Positions 1-9,700 of a stretch of 64,000 nucleotides of DNA are shown here, one piece after another; position 1 is the first letter of the stretch; every line of letters starts with the position of its first letter. The stretch covers positions 13,964 through 77,963 of the forward strand of contig CAYNLM010000001.1 in NCBI GenBank assembly GCA_964398045.1, written 5' to 3'. The position numbers and the translations under genes were made by a program. The notes under the pieces were generated by a model, which did not search any database, was not told the origin of the DNA, and saw nothing but the letters and a program-made list of their open reading frames with translations. The DNA comes from an uncultured Nitrospira sp. (GTDB taxonomy: Bacteria; Nitrospirota; Nitrospiria; Nitrospirales; Nitrospiraceae).

Positions 1-782
1 CAGGGCTTGGGCAAGTGAACGGAGCGGTTGCCGATGTGGGCGGGAAAAATCAGCCGCCTCACCATACGGCTGCCGTGCTGTCGAATCTCGGGGTATGGAA
101 CGCGACGTCGCGCACGCTGGCCGGTGGAGGGGCCTTGCCGGACGGCGTGCATGTTTCGGCGCAGACACGCGTGCCGACCTTTGTGGCGTCGGCCGTAGGC
201 GTCAAGACTCTTGCGGTGTCTGCCGGTGCCACGGCCGCCTTGACCGGTTTGTCACTTGTGCCTGCGGGAAGTCTTGCCCTTCCCTTTGGAGTCGCTCGGG
301 GCTGGTTCAGCGGCAAGGGGTGGGCGAGCCGATCCTTCACGCTTACCAAGAATGGAACGAGCCCTGTCTGTGCAGCCTGGAACACGTTTACTCAGACACC
401 CGCGACACAGAAGCAACTCCAAACGATCGTGAAGGGAATCCGGACCGGCAGGTATAGCAGTCCAATCGCCGGCAGCGGGCAGACCCAGTTTCAGTTTCTT
501 GGCGCGAAGCCGGGCACGGCATTTAAAGAATTGCAGTCGCTGTACAAGAGCAGGAGGGATCCAAAAACGGGAGACTGGCTCGCCGTTGTGCCCGTCTATG
601 ATCGCGGGACCTGCGTGGCCGCAACCGGTCCCGCCCTGATCGTGGGATTCGCAACCGTAAAGCTCACTCAGAAAAGCAGCAACCGGTTGTCGGCGACGGT
701 CGTGACGAATCAGATTCAGGCGGGGCGCGGCGGTGGAGCAGACTACGGGACGAAGGGGAGCATTCCGGGCCTGGTGAACTAA
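1..782 (+). CDS. Hypothetical protein, 5'-truncated at window edge; possibly Tad pilus-associated (TadG/TadE-like)
   Basis: The frame of the 15..782 ORF is open back to base 3 with no in-frame stop. The listed start at 15 is GTG. It lies directly upstream of cpaE/cpaF/tadB/tadC-like genes. No motif I can name. Confidence 0.3.
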   Translation, partial: GLGQVNGAVADVGGKNQPPHHTAAVLSNLGVWNATSRTLAGGGALPDGVHVSAQTRVPTFVASAVGVKTLAVSAGATAALTGLSLVPAGSLALPFGVARGWFSGKGWASRSFTLTKNGTSPVCAAWNTFTQTPATQKQLQTIVKGIRTGRYSSPIAGSGQTQFQFLGAKPGTAFKELQSLYKSRRDPKTGDWLAVVPVYDRGTCVAATGPALIVGFATVKLTQKSSNRLSATVVTNQIQAGRGGGADYGTKGSIPGLVN

Positions 783-792
783 CGAGACACCG

Positions 793-1635
793 ATGACCAC
801 GGACGCAACAAGCCAAACCCCACGGGCCAAGCTGGTGTGTGTGCTCGGCGCCGCCGGGGGAGTCGGCGCATCGACCGTCGCGGCCAACCTGGCCGTCTCA
901 CTCCAACGGTTGCACCGCGCGCAGTCGGTCGTGGTGGTCGACACGACACTGACCGGCGGCGATCTGCCGCTGATGCTGGGGATGGCACCGGGCGCCGGTC
1001 TTCGCCCGCTTCCGACCGATCCGCAACAGGTCGACGAGGCCCTCCTCATGAATGCGCAGGCCGCGCATCGCTCGGGCGTGCGCCTCTTGCACCTCGGCCA
1101 CAACAGCCCCTTGAGACCGGTCGCGGAGCAGGCGGTCTTGGCGCGGACGCTCGAACTTATGGCGCGATGGCATGACTGGATCGTCGTGGATTGCGGATGC
1201 ATGACAGAGAGAGCGGCTCAAGCCGTGATTCCCCGGGCGAGCACGGTGCTTATCGTGGCAACCCTGTCTCTTCCGCCTGCACAGCGCATGAAGCAGTTGG
1301 TGGAGCTGCTGCTCAACATCGGCGTCCCTAGCGGGAAATTGGTCGCGGTCATGAACCGATGCCGGGAGGACGAGGCGGCGTACCAGCGGCAGTTGAAACC
1401 GCTGCTCCCCTGCCGAGTCGGCGCCTTTCTGCCTGATTCACCGGAACTGGCCCGCGAGGCTCTGATCAATGGGGCGCCACTGGTGGCCGTTGCCGCGCGT
1501 GCCGCGCTCTCGTGTTGCTATGAGGAATTGGCTGCTTCCCTGAGCGGGCAGTCAGTGGGCGCCTCGGATCGAACATCCCGAGGGTTGCTTCAGCGCCTGC
1601 ACACTCGATTCATGGGGGAACGCCATGCGGCATGA
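793..1635 (+). CDS. Tad/Flp pilus assembly protein CpaE/TadZ-like (MinD/ParA fold, deviant Walker A)
   Basis: N-terminal 'KLVCVLGAAGGVGASTVAANLA' resembles the atypical GGVGxST P-loop of TadZ/CpaE. It sits immediately 5' of cpaF. At about 280 aa there is no N-terminal receiver-like domain. Confidence 0.6.
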   Translation: MTTDATSQTPRAKLVCVLGAAGGVGASTVAANLAVSLQRLHRAQSVVVVDTTLTGGDLPLMLGMAPGAGLRPLPTDPQQVDEALLMNAQAAHRSGVRLLHLGHNSPLRPVAEQAVLARTLELMARWHDWIVVDCGCMTERAAQAVIPRASTVLIVATLSLPPAQRMKQLVELLLNIGVPSGKLVAVMNRCREDEAAYQRQLKPLLPCRVGAFLPDSPELAREALINGAPLVAVAARAALSCCYEELAASLSGQSVGASDRTSRGLLQRLHTRFMGERHAA

Positions 1636-1667
1636 CGGTTCTGCGTTCGAAATAGGTGAACGGCGCC

Positions 1668-2966
1668 ATGTCTGAACAGACCGCATCCTCCACGGATGTC
1701 CATGCCATCAAGACGCGCGTCCATTCGATGCTGCTGGAGCGGCTGGATTTCTCCGTCATGGCCGGCGGGGAGCCGGAGGTCATTCGTTCGCAACTCTCCA
1801 TCCTGATCATGCAGCTCCTTGAGGAGCTGGGCGCCGCGCTCACGGTGGCGGAACTGCAGCAGGTCGTTCGCGAGATCCAGTACGATGTGCTCGGCCTGGG
1901 ACCTCTGGAGGTATTACTGGAAGATCCGACGGTGTCCGACATTCTGGTGAACAGCTATCATCAGGTCTACGTCGAGCGGGGCGGCAGGCTGGAACGGACG
2001 GAGCAGCGGTTTCGCGACAACCAGCATCTGCGGGAAGTCATCGAGAAGATCGTGTCGGCGGTCGGCCGGCGCATCGACGAATCGTCTCCGATGGTCGATG
2101 CGCGACTGTCCGACGGATCACGGGTCAACGCCATCGTGCCTCCGCTCGCCCTCGACGGCCCGATTCTCTCCATCCGCAAATTCAACAAGAACATGCTGAC
2201 CCTGGAGGATTTGGTGCGGATGAACGCGCTGACCGCCGGCATCGGTGAACTGCTGACGGGGATTGTGCAGGCGCGATTGAGCGTGGTGATCTCGGGTGGA
2301 ACCGGATCCGGCAAGACCACGATGTTGAATCTGCTCTCCGGCTTTATTCCCTCCACGGAGCGGATCATCACCATCGAGGACTCCGCCGAGCTCCAGCTTC
2401 GCCAGGACCATGTCGTGCGGCTCGAAACCAGGCCGGCAAACGTGGAAGGGAAGGGCGAGGTGACGCAGCGCGCCTTGGTCCGGAACAGCCTGCGGATGCG
2501 GCCGGATCGAATCATCTTGGGAGAAGTCCGGTCGAATGAAGCGCTCGATATGCTGCAGGCGATGAACACGGGCCACGATGGCTCGCTGGCGACCGTGCAC
2601 GCCAATACGCCGCAGGATGCCGTCGCCCGGATCGAAACGATGGTGGCCATGGGCGGCCTTGACATCCCGCCCCACGCGGTGCGTCAACAGATCGCGTCGG
2701 CGATTCAAGTGGTGATACAGGTGCAACGGCTTTCCGACGGCAGCCGCAAACTGATCTCGCTGCAAGAAGTGCACGGGCTTAGAGACGGGGAGATCGTATT
2801 GCGCGAGATCTTCAGATTTGAACAAACGGGACTCGACGACCAAGGACGGGTGAAGGGCCGGTTCGGAGCCACCGGTGTCGTGCCGGCATTCGTGGATCGG
2901 TTGAACGTCCGCGGCTTTGCCGTGAGGCCGGATCTTTTCGATCCTCGGCAGGTGGAGGACTGTTGA
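1668..2966 (+). CDS. cpaF: Tad/Flp pilus secretion ATPase CpaF/TadA (GspE/VirB11 superfamily)
   Basis: Walker A 'SGGTGSGKTT', plus 'IITIEDSAELQL', 'RMRPDRIILGEVR' and 'GHDGSLATVHAN'. ATG at 1668 has AGGTGA about 8 nt upstream. The ORF track starts at GTG 1656. Confidence 0.9.
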   Translation: MSEQTASSTDVHAIKTRVHSMLLERLDFSVMAGGEPEVIRSQLSILIMQLLEELGAALTVAELQQVVREIQYDVLGLGPLEVLLEDPTVSDILVNSYHQVYVERGGRLERTEQRFRDNQHLREVIEKIVSAVGRRIDESSPMVDARLSDGSRVNAIVPPLALDGPILSIRKFNKNMLTLEDLVRMNALTAGIGELLTGIVQARLSVVISGGTGSGKTTMLNLLSGFIPSTERIITIEDSAELQLRQDHVVRLETRPANVEGKGEVTQRALVRNSLRMRPDRIILGEVRSNEALDMLQAMNTGHDGSLATVHANTPQDAVARIETMVAMGGLDIPPHAVRQQIASAIQVVIQVQRLSDGSRKLISLQEVHGLRDGEIVLREIFRFEQTGLDDQGRVKGRFGATGVVPAFVDRLNVRGFAVRPDLFDPRQVEDC

Positions 2967-3907
2967 GCATGCCCGCGCTTATCGCCGGTCTTATCTTTGT
3001 CGGCATGGTGTGCGGCCTGCTTGCGGTGCGGAGCCGGATCGCGGGCCGCGCTCAGGCCGGTGATTCCGGTCTTCCGGACGACGCCGGATTTGCGCTCCCG
3101 CTCGATGGGTTGGCGATCATGCGCTCGCCCTCGATAGGGAGGAACGACGCCGGCGGAATCTTCTGCGATGCCTGGGCCCCCGTTCTGACGTGGCCGGTTG
3201 GGCTGGGCGCGTCACGCTCCTCCGTCATCCTCGGACTGGGGCTCGGCGGCGTGACCGTGATTGGAATCTTGTTTGCGGCCGGCGTGTCCCCCTTGTTCGT
3301 CGCGGTGGGAGGGCTTACCGTCTTACTCGGACCTCCGATCCGTCTCGTCCGGCGACGGCGCGCCCATGTACGCCGCTTCGAGCAGCTGTTTCCCGACACG
3401 CTGGAGTTGATGAGTCGATCGCTGCGGGCCGGGCACGCGCTGCTGGAGAGCATCGGTATCGTGGCGCAGGAAGCGGCGGAACCGGTCAAGAGCGAGTTCG
3501 CGCGTGTCGCCCAGGAAGTTCGCTATGGGGTGAGTCTTGCTGATTCCCTCAAGGCGATGGCCGCGCGAGTGGAATCGCGCGAGCTGAACTTTTTCGTCAC
3601 GTCCCTCCTGATTCAACGGGAAACGGGAGGCAATCTTGCCGGCATCATCGACTTCATCAGCGCGCTCACCCGGAAGCGTTTCGAATTGGAGCTGAAAATA
3701 CGGGCGGTGTCGGCTGAGGGACGGCTGTCGGTCGGAGTGATCTTCGCGCTGCCCTTCGCGGTCGGAGGCCTGTTGTGGCTCTTAAACCCCGGGTACCTGG
3801 CGCCGCTGTATGAGGATCCGGTGGGGCGCGTCGTGGCCGGAACCGGCGTGGCGCTGTCGCTGATCGGGATGGTCATCACCCGGCGCATGGTCGCGCCGCA
3901 AGGGTGA
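2963..3907 (+). CDS. tadB: Tad pilus inner-membrane platform protein TadB (T2SS-F domain)
   Basis: Polytopic membrane protein with a central cytoplasmic T2SSF-like segment ('FPDTLELMSRSLRAGHAL...'). Its start overlaps the cpaF stop. Canonical cpaF-tadB-tadC order. Confidence 0.75.
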   Translation: MSMPALIAGLIFVGMVCGLLAVRSRIAGRAQAGDSGLPDDAGFALPLDGLAIMRSPSIGRNDAGGIFCDAWAPVLTWPVGLGASRSSVILGLGLGGVTVIGILFAAGVSPLFVAVGGLTVLLGPPIRLVRRRRAHVRRFEQLFPDTLELMSRSLRAGHALLESIGIVAQEAAEPVKSEFARVAQEVRYGVSLADSLKAMAARVESRELNFFVTSLLIQRETGGNLAGIIDFISALTRKRFELELKIRAVSAEGRLSVGVIFALPFAVGGLLWLLNPGYLAPLYEDPVGRVVAGTGVALSLIGMVITRRMVAPQG

Positions 3908-3917
3908 AAGGATCGTC

Positions 3918-4859
3918 GTGGACGGACGACTCGGCATTAGTCTCTTGGTCTTCGTTGGCTGTGCGGTCGGCCTGTGGAGTGTCTCTGCCTGGGCCGAACG
4001 CCGACGCCAGGTATTGCGCTGGCGCACACTGGTGATCGGGCGCCCCGACGGGTACCACATCCAGGATCTGCTCGCCGACTGGTTGTCTTTCGGCGCTCAC
4101 CTGCTCGAACGCATCGGGCGAATGCTCGACGCGAAGGCAGGAGAGGAACTCACGCATCTTCCCAACCGCTTCACCACGGCAGGGTATCGTCATCCATGCG
4201 TCCCGTTCATGTGGCATGGCGCCAAGATTGCCGGGCTGATCGGTTTCCCGTGTCTGTGGGGCAGCCTGGGCGCGTCGGCCTTTCACGAGGTCCATCCGGC
4301 GGCGGTCTGGATGGGCGGGATCGGCATGGCGGCCTGCGGCTGGTACGCGCCGGATCTGTGGCTGCGCCGGCTCGCCGACCATCGCAAGCGGACCATCGAG
4401 CGCGGGTTTCCCGATGCGCTCGATCTGATGGTGGTGTGCGTCGAGGCAGGGTTGCCCTTGGACTCCGCGCTCCGCCGCGTCGGAACCGAATTGCGCATCG
4501 GTCACCGCGAACTCAGCGAGGAATTGAGTCTCCTGTCGATGGAACTCCAGGCGGGGCGGGCACGGGCGGAGGCCATGCGGAGGTTCGGTCTCAGAACGGA
4601 CATCGATGAAGTGAAGAATTTCGTCGCGCTGCTTGTCCAAACGGAGCGATTCGGGACGGGATTGGCGCAGTCGCTGCGGGTGCATTCCGAGGCGATCCGC
4701 CGCCGTCACCAGCTCAGGGCGGAGGAACTCGCGTCGCAGCTTCCGGTGAAAATGCTGTTCCCGCTCGTGTTCTTCGTCTTGCCACTGCTCTTCATCATCC
4801 TGGTCGGACCGATTCTACTGCGAGGAGTGCAGTCGATGTTGCCGGGCGCTGCCGGGTAG
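3918..4859 (+). CDS. tadC: Tad pilus inner-membrane platform protein TadC (T2SS-F domain)
   Basis: A second T2SSF-like protein ('GFPDALDLMVVCVEAGLPLDSAL') with C-terminal TM helices, following tadB. Confidence 0.75.
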   Translation: MDGRLGISLLVFVGCAVGLWSVSAWAERRRQVLRWRTLVIGRPDGYHIQDLLADWLSFGAHLLERIGRMLDAKAGEELTHLPNRFTTAGYRHPCVPFMWHGAKIAGLIGFPCLWGSLGASAFHEVHPAAVWMGGIGMAACGWYAPDLWLRRLADHRKRTIERGFPDALDLMVVCVEAGLPLDSALRRVGTELRIGHRELSEELSLLSMELQAGRARAEAMRRFGLRTDIDEVKNFVALLVQTERFGTGLAQSLRVHSEAIRRRHQLRAEELASQLPVKMLFPLVFFVLPLLFIILVGPILLRGVQSMLPGAAG

Positions 4860-4872
4860 GAGGGCGTGGAAG

Positions 4873-4977
4873 TTTCACGTTGCAAGTTGTGAGTTTCAGG
4901 TTTCGAGTTTCAAGTTGTTGACGAACTAGAAACTTGGAACCTGAAACATGAAACTAGAAACTCCAAGCTCGAAACCA
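4873..4977. repeat. Inverted word-repeat element (GTTTCA / TGAAAC words), tadC/TPR-lipoprotein spacer
   Basis: The central hairpin pairs 4893-4912 (GTTTCAGGTTTCGAGTTTCA) with 4928-4947 (AGAAACTTGGAACCTGAAAC) at 17/20. It is flanked by further GTTTCA and GAAAC words. Confidence 0.6.
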
Positions 4978-5038
4978 CGGGTGACGAACGATGAGCGACG
5001 GACGAAGAGGACGGCTTTTTAAGCAGTGGAGGAAGAAC

Positions 5039-6028
5039 ATGACACGGATGGTGCTGGTGATACTTCTAGCTCTGACGGCATCGAGCGTGGCCGGATGCGG
5101 ATCCGGCGCGGCAGCTTCGGTCAAGAAATCGCCGGCATCTGCGGACAGGAGCGGGGAGACGCCGCGCGACACAGATGAGGCGGAAGCCCTATCGATCGCG
5201 CGCGAAACGCCGACTGCGGATGAGTATGAGCAACTCGGCGATACCTATGTTCGACAGGGAAACTGGACTCTGGCGCTGCTGCAGTACGATCGCGCGTTGA
5301 AGGCAGCGCCTCGTCACGCGCGGGTCGGACACAAGAAATATCTGTTGTTCCTTGCGAACGGACTCCATGCCGATGCCGTCGCCGGGTTTCGTGCGCTGGT
5401 GCGGGAAGAACCGCACGATCCGCACGCATGGGAGGGCCTTGGCCGGTCGCTCCTCCAAACGGGGCAGGAGGCGCAGGCCGAGGAAGCCTTGCGTCGAGCC
5501 GTTCAAGAGAACGCGCGACTCTGGAGAGCGCATGCCCTGTTGGGGGTGCTCTACGATCTGCGCCAAGAACATGGCCGGGCGGTGGCGGCCTATCGGACCG
5601 CGCTAGAACTGAAGCCCGACCGCCTCGATGTCCGTAACAATCTTGGGCATGCCCACTACCTCCTGGGCGACTATCGCAAGGCGATCGAGGAATTCACGTT
5701 TGCCAAGAAACAGGGATACTCCGAGGCGACCGTTCATAATAACCTCGGTCTCGCGCTGGCAAAGACGGGAGCGTACAGGGAGGCGTTGGCCGCGTTTCGG
5801 CTGGGCGGGACGGAGCCGCAAGCCTTCAACAATCTCGGCATCGTGTATCTCGAAGCCGGGCAGGCGGCCAATGCGGTGGCTTGTTTCCGGAAGGCGATCG
5901 ACGCCAATCCCAAATTCGACCAGCGGGCCAACGAGCAGCTCGCTGTTGCGCAGTCTGTTCTGCGGCAAGAACGGACCCGTCGGACTCTCCGTCCGGAACG
6001 GGGCGCGAACGTCTGTTCGGAACCGTAG
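5039..6028 (+). CDS. TPR-repeat lipoprotein (TadD-like)
   Basis: Signal peptide with lipobox 'LTASSVAGC'. Multiple TPR units ('AWEGLGRSLLQTGQEAQAEEALRRAVQ', 'NNLGHAHYLLGDYRKAIEEF'...). ATG 5039 is preceded by GGAGGA. The ORF track begins at 4991. Confidence 0.6.
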   Translation: MTRMVLVILLALTASSVAGCGSGAAASVKKSPASADRSGETPRDTDEAEALSIARETPTADEYEQLGDTYVRQGNWTLALLQYDRALKAAPRHARVGHKKYLLFLANGLHADAVAGFRALVREEPHDPHAWEGLGRSLLQTGQEAQAEEALRRAVQENARLWRAHALLGVLYDLRQEHGRAVAAYRTALELKPDRLDVRNNLGHAHYLLGDYRKAIEEFTFAKKQGYSEATVHNNLGLALAKTGAYREALAAFRLGGTEPQAFNNLGIVYLEAGQAANAVACFRKAIDANPKFDQRANEQLAVAQSVLRQERTRRTLRPERGANVCSEP

Positions 6029-6363
6029 AAATGCCGCTGCGACGATTATGCGTCGCTCGTCGTTCGTGAAGCGTGAAGCGCAAACAAGAATGACGCGGAC
6101 GGGCTCTTGATCGCGAGATACGAACGACGCTTCACGAGATACGACGCCCAGACGGTTTCGTCACGAACCGTCATGAATCATGCGGGATAGCCTCTGGCCT
6201 CGCGCCTCTTGCCGTCGAAAGCAGCGATTGCAGGCCCGCCTGCGGGCGCGGGCAGGCAGCAGTGTTCATGGATCATTCGGGTTAAGTTTCGAAGGCGCCG
6301 GGCCGACAACATACAGACAAGAAGGCAGTGCAGCTCGGCGGGTCACAGGCTTGTGGAGGGGTG

Positions 6364-6750
6364 ATGCCGGCCATTCTCATTATCGACGACGACGACAACC
6401 TTCGAGATTCCCTGCGCCGGCTCCTGCACAAGAGCGGGTATGACGTGATCGAGGCTGCGGATGGAGGAGAGGGACTGAATAAAGTGAAAGAACTGGCGCC
6501 CGATGTCGTACTGGTCGATCTCTTCATGCCGGGCAAAGAGGGACTGGAGACCATCGCGGAACTGCGCCGATCGCATCCAGGAATCACAATCATTGCGATG
6601 TCTGGTGGGGGAACAAAAGGCCAGACGGACGTGTTGAAAGCGGCGAAGTTGATGGGGGCGTGGCGAACACTGGCGAAGCCCTTTACACGGGAGGAACTGA
6701 TCGAAGCCGTGGAGCAGCGCTTGGTGGGAAACCCATTGACGAAAGGATGA
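6364..6750 (+). CDS. Single-domain response regulator (CheY-like receiver)
   Basis: 'ILIIDDDDNLRD', 'VVLVDLFMPGKEG' and 'LAKPF'. ATG 6364 has GGAGGG upstream. Confidence 0.85.
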   Translation: MPAILIIDDDDNLRDSLRRLLHKSGYDVIEAADGGEGLNKVKELAPDVVLVDLFMPGKEGLETIAELRRSHPGITIIAMSGGGTKGQTDVLKAAKLMGAWRTLAKPFTREELIEAVEQRLVGNPLTKG

Positions 6751-6751
6751 C

Positions 6752-9700
6752 ATGACTCCGACGACGGGACACGCCCAACGGTACACCTGGCTGCCGAAGC
6801 TCGTCGTCGCCATGGTGGGCGTTGCGGTTCTGACCGTCCTTTTCGGACTCTCGATGTTGGAAGACCGCCTTATCGCTCTATCCGGTCGCGAACTCCAAAT
6901 GACAGCCGCAGAGGTCGCGGAAAAAGTGGATATGCTGCTCTTCGAGCGGTATGGCGACATTCAAGTCTTGGCCGAGGCTGGTGGCTGGCTGGGGTCAGAC
7001 GGCGACCGTTGGACCGAGCATTTGCACATGCTGCAGCACGCCTACCCGCTGTATGCCTGGATGGGGGTGATCGAGAACAGCGGCCGGGTACTGGCGGCTA
7101 CCGATCCCGGCACGGTCGGCCTGGACCTCGGAAGCAAGGACTGGTTCAAAGACCTTGCCGCCGAGCCGACTCCTCGAGTTCACGATGTCCGGCGTGATGA
7201 ATTGAGCAAAGGGAGGGATGCGGTAGGATTTTCGGCTCCGGTCAGGAGAAACCACCCGGCGCAGCGCACATCCGCTTCTTTTCACGGAGCCGTCGCCACT
7301 CGAGTCGCCACCTCGCAACTCGACGCGCTGGTGACTCGAACGCTCCGTGAGGTGGCAGTGAAGGCAGGATACAGCCAGGGTCTGGAATACCAAATTCTCA
7401 CTCCCCAGGGTCGCGTGGTCGTGGAATCAATCCCTCAGCAGAACGGTCCTGTCGATCTGTTTTCGCTGGGCACGGTTTCGGCAAAACTGGTCTTCTCAGA
7501 AGGAACCGGCTTTATTGAGGAAGAACATCGGCGTCGTCACGTGCCGGTGCTTACCGGCTATGCCCGGATGCCGGCTCGCAGGGAATTGGACGCATTAGGG
7601 TGGGGCGTTCTGGTCAGGATGGACCGTCAGGCAGTCGTGGCGCCGATCCGCTCGGCTCTGTGGGCGGCAACGATGTGGGGTGGCATTCTCTTCACCCCCA
7701 TGTTGGGAGTTTTTCTTTGGACTACGCGCCAATTACGGCAGGAATGGCATCGGGCAGAGATCGCCAAGCAGGCAGTGACGGAGGCTCACGACTTTCTCCA
7801 ATCTTCGCTGGATGCGTTGACCTCCCACATCGCGATCTTGGATGAGCGGGCCACGATTATCGGCGTGAACAGGGCATGGAGGCTGTTTGGAGATCAGAAC
7901 CAGTGCCACGATACCGATCATGGAGTTGGGCGGAACTATCTGGAAATCTGCGAATCCTGCTCTGGAGAGGGCGCTGAGGAGGCCCAACACGTCGCGCAAG
8001 GAATCCGCGCGATTTTGCAGGGCCAACAACGCGAATGGGTCGGCGAATATCCGTGCCATGGGCCCGGCGAGCAACGCTGGTTCCTCGTCCGTTTGTCGAA
8101 ATTCGAAATGGGCGAGAAGCTTCGAGTGCTGGTCGATCACCGGAACGTCACCAAAAGCCAGCTGGCCTTCCTGGCCCTTCAGGAGAGCCAAGCGACAATG
8201 CAGGCCATCATCCGCAATGCCTTGGACGCGCATATCTTAATGGACCAGGAAGGGGCCGTTGTAGGATGGAACCCCAAGGCGGAAGAGATTTTCGGATGGT
8301 CGCCCCAGGAGGCGGTGGGCCGGTCTCTCGCGAACGTGATCATTCCTCCCGGATATCGGGAGGCTCATGGGCGGGGTCTCAAGAAATTTTTGGCCGGCGG
8401 GATGGGACCCGTGCTGGACAAGCGGTTCGAGATTGAGGGCTGGCACAAAGAGGGCCGGCCGTTTCCGGTCGAACTCACGATTGCGGCGATCAAGAGGCCG
8501 GGAGGTTACCTGTTCAGCGCGTTTATCCGGGACGTGACCGAACGAGTGCATCAGGAACGTCGCCAGGCCGCGGAACATCGGATCGCGGAACTGCTCCTGG
8601 AGGCCGCATCGCTCGATGCGGCAAGCCAGGACATCATCGGGATGATCTGCGATACGTTGGGGTGGCGGCTCGGCGTCCTCTGGAAGGTCGATGAGGACAT
8701 GCAGGTGTTGCGCTGTGCGGCGATCGGAAAGGAGCCCCAGGGTTGTGAATCGTTCGTCGAACGGACCAGACAAATCAATTTTGTCCGCGGTGCCGGCCTT
8801 CCCGGCCGGGTCTGGGAGAGCGGGAGAGTTGAATGGATTCCGGACGTGACCCAAGACGGTAATTTCCCCCGCGCTCCCTTTGCGCTGGAGGCGGGACTTC
8901 ATGCCGCGTTCGCATTTCCGATCAGGTTGTATGGAAAGGTGCACGCGGTCATGGAGTTCTTTGCCAAAGGCATTCGACCGCCGGACCGGAAGTTGCTGGA
9001 CATGTTCGACGGCGTGGCGGCGGAGCTTTCCCAATTCCTGGAGCGGAAACAGGCCGAACGTAACCTGAGTCGTTCGGAAGCGCGCTTGTCGGGCATCCTC
9101 CGGTTAGCGCAAGATGCCGTCGTCTCCGTGGATGAATCGCAGCGGATCATCCTTTTTAACAGCGGCGCGGAGGAGATCTTCGGCTATGCGGCAGAGGAAG
9201 TGCTGGGACAGCCTCTCGACCTGTTGGTCCCGGCTCAGTTCCGAAAAACGCATAGCCGCATGGTGTGTGAATTCGGCTCGTCGTCGAGAAAAGCCGAAAG
9301 GGCGATGAACCGTAGCGAGATCTTCGGCCTCCGAAAAAGCGGCGAGGAGTTTCCGGCTGAAGCCAGCATTGCGAAAGTGACGGTGGAGGGGGTGACCATA
9401 TACACCACAATCCTCCGGGACATTTCGAAGCGTAAACAGCAGGAACAGGCCCTCAGAAACGCGAAAGCGACGGCGGAGCAGGCGGTCTCCGAAAAAACGG
9501 CGCTGCTGGCTACGGTCGAGGCGTTCTTTATCAGGATCGCCGAAACCGGCGCAGTCTGCGAATGGACCAGTCAGGCGGAGCGGCTGTTCGGCATTCCCCT
9601 GACCGACGCAATCGGGCGGACCTTTCAAGATCTCTCGATCGGTTGGAGCTGGGAGGCCATCGTCGAAGCCATCAACCGCGCAACTCAAACATTGAGGTCG

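Noticed and set aside
252-1202. Long antisense or out-of-frame ORFs overlapping well-supported genes. Examples: 252-1202(-), 3876-4709(-), 9767-10591(-), 11233-12069(-), 20777-21745(+), 25457-26107(+), 27208-28008(+), 45855-46838(+), 48486-49433(+), 60577-61701(+), 61963-63117(+).
   Set aside because: - This is a typical artefact of high-GC DNA.
- The translations are Arg/Gly/Pro/Ala-rich with no motifs.
- Each lies opposite a gene with unambiguous family signatures.
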